Below are positions 41,330 through 53,604 of a stretch of 64,000 nt of DNA, in pieces. Made by a program: the position numbers and the translations under genes. Below the pieces are notes generated by a model, which was not told the DNA's origin, made no database searches, and saw nothing but the letters and a program-made list of their open reading frames with translations. The DNA comes from Dipteris shenzhenensis (Eukaryota): NCBI GenBank assembly GCA_047967505.1, contig CM106538.1. The stretch is one strand, 5' to 3'. How positions within the stretch are numbered: position 1 is the stretch's first letter; each line of letters begins with the position of its first letter.

Positions 41330-42450
41330 GTTAAAAGGAGAGATGACATGTCTGCAAATTAGAGTGGTTGTGTAAAGTGGAAGAGTTCAACTTCCACCCC
41401 AGGGATGATAAGGCTAAAGTATATTCTAACTGTGTTGCACTTGGAAGATTCTGTTGATAAACATTGGAACATTCAAGCAGAAGTTGGCTCCAAAATATGG
41501 ATTAATACTTTGGAAACTCTTAAAGGCTGCTGCATTTGCTTATGTAACAACCCCTTTGTCATAGGCATCAAGATGGTACAGCCCTCGAGAAAGTGTTCCA
41601 GTAAATACGATATATTTATCATGTCAGTTGTCATACCCAGCACAACGATAACATCTCTGAAGCCATTGGTAGAGTAAGATAGAAAGTACGTTCTTTTTAA
41701 TATCTAGAACATCTAACACTTCCAAAAGAGTCACTACATCCTCTGACATTAACGTGACCTGCACTTGATCAATCCCTCTCAGGCGACAAGAGGCATTGTT
41801 GGCACATGTGACAATGATCCCCTTAGGTGCATCATCCAAGGACTAAAACAATTGCTTGTAGGATGTAATGTGCTTTGAAGCACCACTATCAATATACCAA
41901 TTGGACATAGAATTTGAAACTGACAATGATGCATCATGCTTCGACAAGTTAGATGCCCACTTAGAGATTTTAGAAGAAGAAAATGTACTAGAAGAGGTGG
42001 AGGGGCCTTGAGCACCATGCCAAAGCATCCCCCAATTGAGGGGAGATTGGGTGGATACTTCTTTAGAAACCTCGGGAAGCAAAGTGTCACTCGATCGAGT
42101 CCATATCAATTGTAGATCCAGGGTACCATGGGATGAAATAAATGGAGTGCAAGGCAAGGAAGGTGGAGCTCTGCTCTACCAAAGCCTTGGGGAAGTGTCA
42201 AGGGAGCTCAACTGGAGAAGAAAAACAACTCTTCTATATATTGTGACCTCTTGAATGTGGTCACCATCCAAGGCTAAGCTCGCCAAATTAGGAACCTTAC
42301 TTCTCATGGGCGTAAGGTCAACAATGCACCCCACCACAGCCCTCTAGAAATCATGAACTGGGGGGATCACAAAAAAGTAGAAAACCTGCAGTCCAGAAGC
42401 ACCACAAGCTACATAACCTCCTGGGAGATCTCCAAGAGACCAATGCAAAT
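41330..42450 (-). mobile_element. Copia protease-region remnant
   Basis: NWYIDSGASKHIT followed by LxxVLxVxxIKKNVLSI. Confidence 0.75.
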
Positions 42451-42610
42451 AAAAAAACTAGCTCTTTGAGGAGTAGACAACACCCAAAAAGTGTGGTGAC
42501 CTATCCAGAGCCACCACACCAACCAGCAACAATTATGAAACTTGATAAAGCTCTAGAAATGAGAGGTAGCAAAGGTGCTGCAAAAAAGCGAGGTGGAGAA
42601 GGACAACACA

Positions 42611-42646
<36 letters not shown>

Positions 42647-42715
42647 AAGAAAGAAACTATTATTATCGTCCTCTGGGGGTCTGAAATCGACCCATGGGAC
42701 CCAATGGAATGTTAC

Positions 42716-42762
<47 letters not shown>

Positions 42763-42879
42763 AACGGAGTGGTTGGTGAAGAGCTAGGTGAAATGAATAA
42801 GCAGCTCAACAAGGAGTAGGGAGAGCAACAGTTTCCATGTCAGGCTTGTGCTATATATCTTAACGACAATGCACAAAGT

Positions 42880-43500
42880 GCTATCAAGGCTTTGACATCT
42901 GCAGAGCATATTTCTTTTTGGGTATTCAAGCGTGATGGCACTACCTATCCAATGTGGTCATGGTGTGACACTATTGGTTGCCAAGAATTTTTGGGGTATT
43001 TGTTGCAAGAACAAAGGCTAGACCTGCCTCTCAGACATAGGAACCTAATCCTATCACCACACCTATTATGGATGGTGCTCCTGATGCTACATCTAGACCA
43101 TCTACCACTGTTGCCGTAGTGCCTCTAACTCCTCCCACATAGAATCAGATCTGATGGGATCAAAGAGATGCACAAGCACATGCCTTAATTGCTTTATCTT
43201 GCAAGAGGTTCATAATACCTCATATTGGGTTGCATGGGATTGTTTGGCTAATCTTTGTCAGATTTCGAATGAGGCCAGGATTGCATTTTTGTGCAAGCAG
43301 TCTGACAACGTTAAGATGGAAGAAGGGGACAACATGGATGCCTATCTCACAAAAGTCAAGGACTTTATAGAGCTGCTCATCAACGTTTCTGAGGTTGTGC
43401 CAGATTATCAAGTGGTTTCCATGATGTTGGATGGACCATCGGATTCTTATCAGTGCTTTGCTACACTGTTGAGGTTAGTGGCCATGGGTAGTAGTACATG
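42880..43500 (+). mobile_element. Copia gag remnant
   Basis: KMEEGDNMDAYLTKVKD..LINVSEVV..MLDG.SDSY (UBN2-like). Confidence 0.7.
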
Positions 43501-43899
43501 ATGGGCTCCCTCGACTCCGGGTGATCGTTGAGTACTCGGAGACTCTACTGGAGGAGATTCTTGAGACTCTAGATGGAGTGGAGATCCGATAGCGAGTTGA
43601 GATTTCTGGTCTACCACGTCAGTGCCTCAAATGCACGCAGATGGGTCACTTGCCATGAGCATGCCCCAGTGGTCAGGGCCGAGGTCTCTTCCTTCTCAAG
43701 CTCACGAGAGACAACAGAAGGAGGCTTGTGTGGATAAAACCCAACGTCCATCTAGGCGGTGCGTGATGGTGGCAAAGCGAACAATAGCTTCTCCGGTGCA
43801 AGGGGAGCAGATAGGTGGCTCCCCTTTAGGACGTCCCTAGACTCTTGGTCTGACATCTGATAGTGGAGGCCAATCACTCTGCTAGACACCACTTACAAG

Positions 43900-44510
43900 A
43901 ACTTAAGCAAGGTCTTGAGTCTACAGTTGAGGCCTCACCTCGTCAGTCATAGATAGTATCCATGACATGCAAACAAGGTTTGTTCAAGAACATAGTATCC
44001 TAGACAAAATGTAGTGGATTGGGCACGAGAAGAGTCTTTAATCTATTGCAATCCTTCTTCCAGATTTCAAAAAGGCTTACGATAGGGTGGAGTGGGCCTT
44101 CCTAGAGGATACGATGTAGAGGATGGGCTTTTTGGATAGATGGATTTGAGGGGTCTTAGCCATGTGTGCAGGGAGTGCAAGCTCGATACTCATAGGCGAT
44201 CACCCAGGAGAAGCTTTTTCTCTTTCTAACTCAGTTCATTAGGGTTGCCCCCTTGCCTCCTTCTGCCTCTTTATAGAAGAGGATTCGGGCTACTTTCTGC
44301 ACTCCCAGGCAGTAGGCCTCATGGAGTTGAGGCTTTTGATCCATCAAGAGGAGGAGCTTTTGGATTCAAAGTTTGGAGATCACACAACACTATGTGGAGG
44401 GCACTGAGGAGAGCTTAGAGGGGGTACGATGAGCCCTAGCGACTTACTGTCTGGCCTCAGCCGCTAGGATCAATAGACCAAATCAGTGGGTTTCCTCATG
44501 ATGACTGAGG
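43900..44510 (+). mobile_element. Degenerate LINE RT fragment
   Basis: Manual translation DFKKAYDRVEWAFL and a GCPLA motif. Confidence 0.7.
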
Positions 44511-45419
44511 AGGTCCAAAATGTTAGAAAAGTGAACTCTTACACCGAGGGTATCCCGCAGCGGAGGACTGATAGCTAGCCTAGAATTACATGTGGCAGTG
44601 TTTCACTATGGAATCAATGCTTCATCTAGTGTGTGTACTTCACAACACTCGTGTATGTGCAGACTAGCAAATGAACTATGCCCAGAGATTTAATTTCTCG
44701 TCATTTCTTAGATTAGGCCATGCAAGATCATGAATGTATACATTTGTCATTTATGGCAACATATTTGGGTTGGGATCTCTAATAATATTGTGTATATCAC
44801 TTTTGACTGATAAGATGATGTTCAATCTAGTAAGGATATGTATTTTACAAAAGTAGGTTTGGTTTAGTAGATCAATTCGTATTTGTCCTTTTGATTTTTG
44901 ATTTACTTTCAAATTTTCAGTTAATCATTTATCTATTTAGATGTGTGATCAGTGTTATTTTCATCAATAAAAGGAATAGACAAACATTTTTCTCTCATGT
45001 AAGATGTTTTATCCTCAAAAAATTATCAAACTTGCTTCACCCTGTAGACATCATGGAAGTGTGTGTTATAGCTTTGTATGTGCTAAATGTTCAAGTCTTC
45101 TTTACATTGATTGCTAGTAGGTGTGCAAATCATTTTAGTATCTATGAGCCTATAGTTTGATTGAAGGATAGGATGGAAATTGTATGCCAATACCATGTGC
45201 TTAAGTGTAGGTTAAGTATTGGAATGCTCTAGACCAATTGACGTACTATATCCTTTAGTGATTTTCTTAAGAAAGGGGAGAAATATCTCCAATCATGGTC
45301 TTTTGAAACACCATTTATAAGGCTTGCATATCCTTGTTACATCACAAAGATGCCTCTCTAGAGGACAACTGTAGATTTTCTTGGGTCTTTAATGCATGTT
45401 TTGATTTTTTTTTTTTTTT

Positions 45420-45957
45420 TTTGGGGAAACTTTAGCACTCGTATGCATCCATGCAAATACAATGCTATCTATAGGCTCCCAACATTGAGGATCTTTTGTG
45501 TTCCATAGCCAAAATTTATCTGAACACCTTGATTACACTTCTTCATCTATAGCATGTTGGTGAATGCAAACAGGTGCCCAATATTATATAGGTATCTTTT
45601 TGTAATTCTCTAACATCCTATTTACATCTACATCACTTTGTACAACACCTAGCCATATTGGGTAGATTGCGTTTGATGGTCGAATAAGCACAAAATCACC
45701 AATCTTGACATCCACCATTGGCTTAAATTTATCTTTGGGTCTTTTTTGTGAAGGCCCACAATAGTGGTCATCCATTTTTTCCAACTCTTCGAAGTCATCC
45801 TTGTTATCATTGCAATAGATGTTCCTTCACTATGTGTCCTTGGCAAAAAATCTTTGAACACTCCCTTTTCCAACATATTTTGGAGTTTCTATAGCATCCA
45901 CCTTATTTTTCCAATACTCAATCATGGGTGCTATGTACTTCGTGAGCTTAGCATCTA

Positions 45958-45960
<3 letters not shown>
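45420..45960 (-). pseudogene. Fragmented ORF of probable transposon origin with a W-rich C-terminal domain
   Basis: IGDFVLIRPSNAIYPIWLGVV...YWAP...WLWN..DPQCWEPIDSIVFAW, with stops. Confidence 0.4.
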
Positions 45961-47130
<1,170 letters not shown>

Positions 47131-47500
47131 TTAGGAGCCAACTCTTTATGGAAAACATTTGATGGTGTGTCCCTGTTTATATTTATTTATTTATATTTAT
47201 ACATGTATACATGTGTGTGTGTGTGTGTGTGTGTGTTTATATGTTCTATTTGATTATTATATTTTAAATAAATATATTATTATATTTATTTAATTATTGA
47301 TAACTAATTATTTAAATATACATATTCAATTTTATATGTACTTTAGATATATATTCAATTTTATATCTAAATAACTAAATTGGTTTGCTAATATATATGT
47401 GTGTGTGTGCACGCACGTGCATGCATGTGTGTGCACGTGTGTTATACTTCGTGATGGGGATTTGTAAATTGCATTAGGTAATTGCATCAATGTTTCACCA

Positions 47501-47540
<40 letters not shown>

Positions 47541-47566
47541 TTTTGATTATTTATTTTAAGTAAATC

Positions 47567-47609
<43 letters not shown>

Positions 47610-48075
47610 CACACACACACATTAGGAAAAAAGGAAACTCATTTTGGGGCCTTGTAAGAAATCCACTAGTTTCTTATTTTTCTTTGCTCCAAAATCTACA
47701 AAAATGAACTAGCATTAAATGCTCCTATCATATTCTCTCTTTAAAGTGAGTTTCGTGTCATCTTGACTCATGCCAGCAATAGAGTTTTGTGTCGGAATCC
47801 CATAACTAACGATTAAGAATCTTTGTTTTTCAAAATTGTAAACCTTCGCATGACAAGATAAACATGGACTTATCGCGATAAATATGGACTTATCATTGTT
47901 GACTTATGTAGGCCATAAGATTTCGTGGTCAAAAACTCATAACTAACCTTTAAGAAATTTTATTTTTTTTAATTTTTAAACATCCCCACGAAAGATTAAC
48001 ATGGATTTATCACGGCAAGTCCATTGCTAACACTTTGTTTTATAAAAGTTGATAAGGGTGTGAAGCAACGGGAAA

Positions 48076-50801
48076 ATGTTGCTCAAAAAAATGGCAATGT
48101 GCAACCACACCATTGAAGAACAATCCAGCAAGAAGAGACTTTACCACCTCCACATTGATTTAAAAGAAGAGTATGCACCTGTGCAAAAACGACTGAAGGG
48201 TCCACAAGCAGGTGCAATGCCAAGGGAGAACATAAGGAAAGAAGGCTTACATCATATCGATTTATGGTGTGATGGGAGCATTTACCTAAGATGTCTAATC
48301 AGTAACTTTACTCCTCCATTTTTCAATCTGACAACACTGCTGAAGTTTGTGGGGTGATGGTAATAAGGGCCAATTTGGATATGTCAAAACTCAATCTACG
48401 GCCGTGGAAATGTACAAAGGCTTTTACCAACAACAGAGATGGGAATGAAATTGCAACAGGTAGCAAAAAGCTCTAAATTGAAGGAGTAGCTACAGAAAGA
48501 AATTGAAGAACACATGATGACAAAGAAAATGTTGAGGAAAGCTAGAAGAAAAGCCACACCCTTAGGAGATAGACTTAGAAATAGCAAAATTCGTAACTTT
48601 GCAAATCTAACCTGGCAGTGGAGGATGCATGCGCAAAGTTTAGGAAGCAAGGTAAGTCTTCTTTTGCTTTTGCAATTTTGAATGCAACACAAAGACAATG
48701 ATTACTCTATGATAATAGCAATTGAGCTTGGAAAAACTCTTTTATTTGTGCTTCTTATAGGAAAATTCTTAAGCCTTGTAAAGAAAATGTTGATCCTAAT
48801 GCCCCTCTAATAAAACAAATGAAAGGTTTACTGTCAACTACAATTGCGAAAAGCATGCTAGAGGAGAAAATCTATAAAACAATCAAACACAATGTTGTGC
48901 AATAGTTTGTAGATACAAACAAAGTTGATGTGAGCATAATCCAAGGGGCACTCGATGAGGGCGGAGTGAACAGAAAACATTGCACATCCATTTTCAATGT
49001 AGTATTAATAACCTTGAAAGATTAGAGGATAAAACGGGTGTGCTCTTACCAAAGCCTACGGCAGTGTGGAAGTTAAGAGGCCTACTCAACCAACAAGTAG
49101 ATGATTATATTGAAAATTGTATGCACATTGAATGAGTGTATGAAAGTGACAAGGGAACCACTGTATATAACTCTTTTAACAATGTTTTTGTCGATCTTCA
49201 ACACGTGCAAATGAGAATGGTTGAGTTTTATGATATGGCATTTGAAGAGTGCCAAAGGTTCCTTAAATTTGTTGTGAAATTGTCAAGGAGAAAAAGATTT
49301 AATGAGTGACCATCACTCTAATGAATAGAGCTCTTGATCCCTCGATTACAATAGCAGACTCAAAACACTTCAGTGTGCAATCAGAAAAGCACATTTGCTG
49401 GCTAGGCACATTTGAGGTAAGCACACACTTGAATTGAAAGTGGTTTTTTTATAAGTATTTATTAATGTATGATTCTTTAATTGTATTTTCACTTGGCAGG
49501 TTAAGAAAAAGGACCACAAAACTCTTGATTGGGTATTCCAACACATAGAAATACCATCAATTATTAAAGATCAAGTTCAAGGAGGGTATTTGCATGTTGG
49601 TGGCAAAGGTGATTTCCAGATTGATTGGCATAGGGCAAGTGACCTCAAGACCCTCGAGTGTATGTTCAGCATAAGCAAAGTAGGTAATTCAAAATCTCCA
49701 TGCCTTTACTACAAGGAGCCAGCATATGTCGTGGATTCAAAATGGTGGAGGAAGGCACCTAACAAAGATAAGGTTGATCCCAATTTCAAAGCCGTTCTTG
49801 ATATCCCTTTGTGTAATGTACATATATGCACATTACCTGCTTTATGTCGAATCATCGAGAAGATGGTATTTTTGTATGTTGGTTTTGCCTGGAAGCTTCA
49901 TCCTAAAAAGTGAGGAAGGATGAACTTCAAGCAATCGAGAAAGTATTTTTGGGCATTGGTCTCCATGGAGGAGATGTTCATATCACAACAAATCTAGAAA
50001 AATTAAAAAATGGAACGGAAGTGCCCATCAAGCCATCTATCGGTGGAGTGAAGGTTAGAAGGTTTTAATCACAGCCACAGGGCAAGAGAAAACCAAGCAG
50101 ACAATCACGCTATGTTTCAAGAGTACAGTATGGCATTTGGAGGCACACACACAATGCAATTAAAGATCATGAAGTAGACGAAATTGCACGAACTGTTCAA
50201 ACAGAAGTATAAAGATCCTTAGACAAGCTTTTCATACTTTTTGACAAACAAACTTGGACCAAGAATGATCACCGTGCATTGGAGGAGGAGCTGAAGACTT
50301 TGGAAAGTCAATGAAAGAAGCTTGGACAACTTGCAACATACCACATTACATGGTAATAAAATTTCATTCTTTGCTTTTACTGGCATTTTCCTATGTTACC
50401 TCTTAACAATAGAATGTGACTTCTTGTTTATTGTAAATGCAACATATTATCTACAACCATTTTTCATATTTTGAAAAAAAATATGGATGCCCTACATTTC
50501 AGTCAACTCAGGGGGAATGGAGAAGTCTCATTACATAGTACAAGATGCATTTTTTTGGCATAGACAACATTTTGGAGGAGCACAGAAAGCAAATAGCCTC
50601 AAAGAAGTTTCCAATGGTTGTATGCTACAAAGGTTGCAATGTAAGAAAAAAGTGGCAACATCAAAAGTCACACTAGCATTCAAGATGGCCCAAAAAGAAA
50701 GAAGAAGGCAAAGCTTGGATAACTCAACTGCTGCACAGAGACATGCGGAATGGAGAAAATCAAAGACTTTTATGAACCACAGGTGGATAGATAGAGCTTA
50801 G
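48076..50801 (+). pseudogene. Intron-containing RAG1/Transib-like DDE transposase (decayed)
   Basis: Spliced manual translation in RAG1-core order: LKFVVKL, SVQSEKHICWLGTFE|VKKKDHKTL, ASDLKTL, SKSPCLY, ICTLxALCR, IPHYM|HIIYNH...KYG...STQG-MEKSH. Introns at 48653-48760, 49417-49499 and ~50353-50442. Confidence 0.75.
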
Positions 50802-50978
50802 GAACTTTGTAACAAAATGTACAATGTATAGCTCAATAGAGCAGTGCGGTGACTATATTATGTAAAATTTGCAAATTCAATACATGTACACTTAAGTTCC
50901 TATAGTAAATCCGTGGCTATATGATGCAAGGTTTGAAATTCAAAACAACTACAGTCAAAAGCAAAGATACAATATGAT

Positions 50979-53553
50979 TCAAAATAATTTGCTACACTTT
51001 GCAAGAGCTTGGAAGCTTACTAACAATATAATATCCTGCCCTAGAGCAGATCTTGCCAAGATAATAACCAAAAATATTGTAAGCAGATATTTTTTCCAAA
51101 AGAATGATCCTTTCCTTCTACTGGTTGATTTGATCACCTCTTCCAATCTTATCAAAGTGAAGGTCCCTTTGAATCTTCTTGAATGTCTCATCATCGATGT
51201 CATCGTCTCCCATACATTTCTGAGCTTCCTCAAAGCACGTGGATAGACATTCCTATGAGTTGAAGTTGTCTTCCATGCTGTGGAAAGGGTCACCCTTCTC
51301 AATGATCTCAAAATCCAAATGGCAGGATTGGACAATCAATGCCAACGTGTAATCTTCCCTCAAATCAAATATTGCTTGACTATCATGAAGAAGAATATAA
51401 TCCATATCTCCAATTTGGAAAGTGGGAAGCAATGGCATGGCACGGCCATAGCTTTCAATGTCAAGGTCTTCAATCCTTACTAGCCTATTAAGTGTGTCTG
51501 TCCTTAGTGCCACAAGGTCGAGTGCAGCAGCTTCATCTCTCTCCTTGACAAGGTCTATCACCTTCTCTTCATCCTCCTTCTCTGATACTTCTACCTCTTC
51601 TTAGAGTTCCTCTTGATCCCAGGGCCTCTCATCTACTTCCTCATGCTTTTGCATCTCTAAGCCCTCCTTAAGGTTAACATGATGGTAGTTCATGTACAAT
51701 ACAAACCCCAAACATTCGTCTAAAATTTTGCACTTTCTATTGTGCATGTTGCACTCTGCTTTAACATGCTTTGGCAAAAGCTCATACCTCTTATGAATGG
51801 AAGTCCTGAACTTATTATCTGTCAACAAATCCTTGATGTGGATGTGTGACTTATTTCCAATACAAATCCTACCCTCCCCTGTGAGCTTTTGAAAAATGTT
51901 GCATTGTTCATCAAAAAATTCAATGTGTTGGTCAACCAAATGTGAATAATCTAGCTCCTTGTTGAACATTTCATAGAAAATATGGAAATCCTACTGGGCA
52001 TTGCACTTATGAAGGAAATCAAAAAGCAACTCATCACATGATTTTGTTTGTTCTCAAAGCGATTTGGCTTGTTGGGGGCTTGCTCAACAGGATAAATCTC
52101 TTTGTTAAGCACATTTCTTAATAATTTTGTCAAGTGATATTTTAAAATCTTGAGCAAATTCTAGAGGATCAATCAACAAATTGGGTTTTTATAAAATTAT
52201 ACCTGGAATAGGTTGGTTCATGACCCAAAAATCAGAACTTGTTACCTTGGTCTCCTTCTGGAAGCTCTTATCCTTGTTTGTAAGATCACACAAAGGAAAA
52301 TTATTTCAATGGCATGAAAAACCAAAAAAGGACAGGGACATGACTAAATATGTCCTTGAGACATAAACTAGCACAATGTAATAGTAGAGAGAGTTCTTAT
52401 GATGGCAATAAATGTATCTAGGTCAAACTAATGCAAACATATGCTTGTGAAAGACCATATTCAAGATGTGTGCCCCAGAAAGTGATTTTGACTGTTGGAC
52501 AGTGCTCCAATAGTCAAAATTGCTTTCTTAAGCACATTTCAACATTTCTTTGTATCCAGATTTCATAGAGACCCCACACTTCTTAAGGACAATTAACATT
52601 GAAACACACACATTGAATGAACATACCAAGTCTAGGTTGGTCCTTGACCACATTTGGAATTTGATAGATGATATTGGAAATGTACTCATGTTGGTCTATT
52701 GGTCCTATTACCTACTATGCAAATCTCTATCTTAGGCACACTTGTGCACTAAGATTTGTTTTTGGATATTCTCTGGAGTCTTCTAAGTATGAAGTTTGTT
52801 CCAAGGGTAGTTTGTTTTGAAGTAGGAGCATCAGGTGCTTTTTCATTTGGAATTTTGGTGGTTGTATTCTCTTCAGGCTTCTAAAAGGTAGTTGGAAATT
52901 GAAACACTAGGTGAAAATATGTAGTAATAGGTAGTATGTGATCAAGAAAGTGATTTGGGATGTTCGGCATTCTCCTGAACCTCAGAATGGCTTTCTTAGG
53001 TACATTAATAAATTGTGTTATGAGGGCAGTTTATAGGGGCATCAATTTCTTAATATCTATTTATGTTGGAATCATCTATGATTGTGTTAATCAATGTTTT
53101 GAAATTTGTTTAGATACTGTTGATTTTATACATTGCTGTGTTGGCAATCATATCAATTTAATGGAATGTGAGATAAACAAATTGTGTGGGATAGAATTTC
53201 AGTAATGTGCCTAAGAAAGTGATTTGGCTTATTGGACAACTCCCAAGCCTCCAAATCGCTTTCGTAAGCATCGTTTTGCATATGTTTCTGGTTGCATATT
53301 ATGTGTTGGTTTTCTTCCTCTATAGGGACAATAGGGACTACTTTTGATTTCTGCATTGCTTGTTGTGTTGTCTCTCATATGGGTTGGACATTGGATCAAT
53401 TTGATGGATTGTGAGAGAGAAACAAGTTGTTAGGTAGAGTTTTTCATTAATGTGCTTAAGAAAGTGATTTGGCTTGTTGGACAATTCCCAACCCTTTCTT
53501 AAGCACATTTGTGCATATCCACCTGTTATAGGTTTTGTCTTGGTCAGGGCCAA
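50979..53553 (-). pseudogene. Fragmented gene of unknown function, convergent with the transposase
   Basis: Chain of minus-strand ORFs (53338-53553, 53153-53356, 51951-52157, 51601-51969, 51253-51561) with an acidic tract and repeated NKPNHFL/NKPNRF segments. Confidence 0.45.
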
Positions 53554-53604
53554 TAGGTACTACTTCTTTAATGAAGCTCTTAGTTTGCAGGCTGGAAGAC
53601 TATC

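Noticed and set aside
44604-44611. CACTATG, resembling a ProtoRAG TIR heptamer
   Set aside because: A lone 7-mer is expected by chance; there is no matching partner with a TSD.
50979-53553. RAG2 homologue
   Set aside because: Orientation fits, but no kelch repeats or PHD Cys/His pattern are visible.
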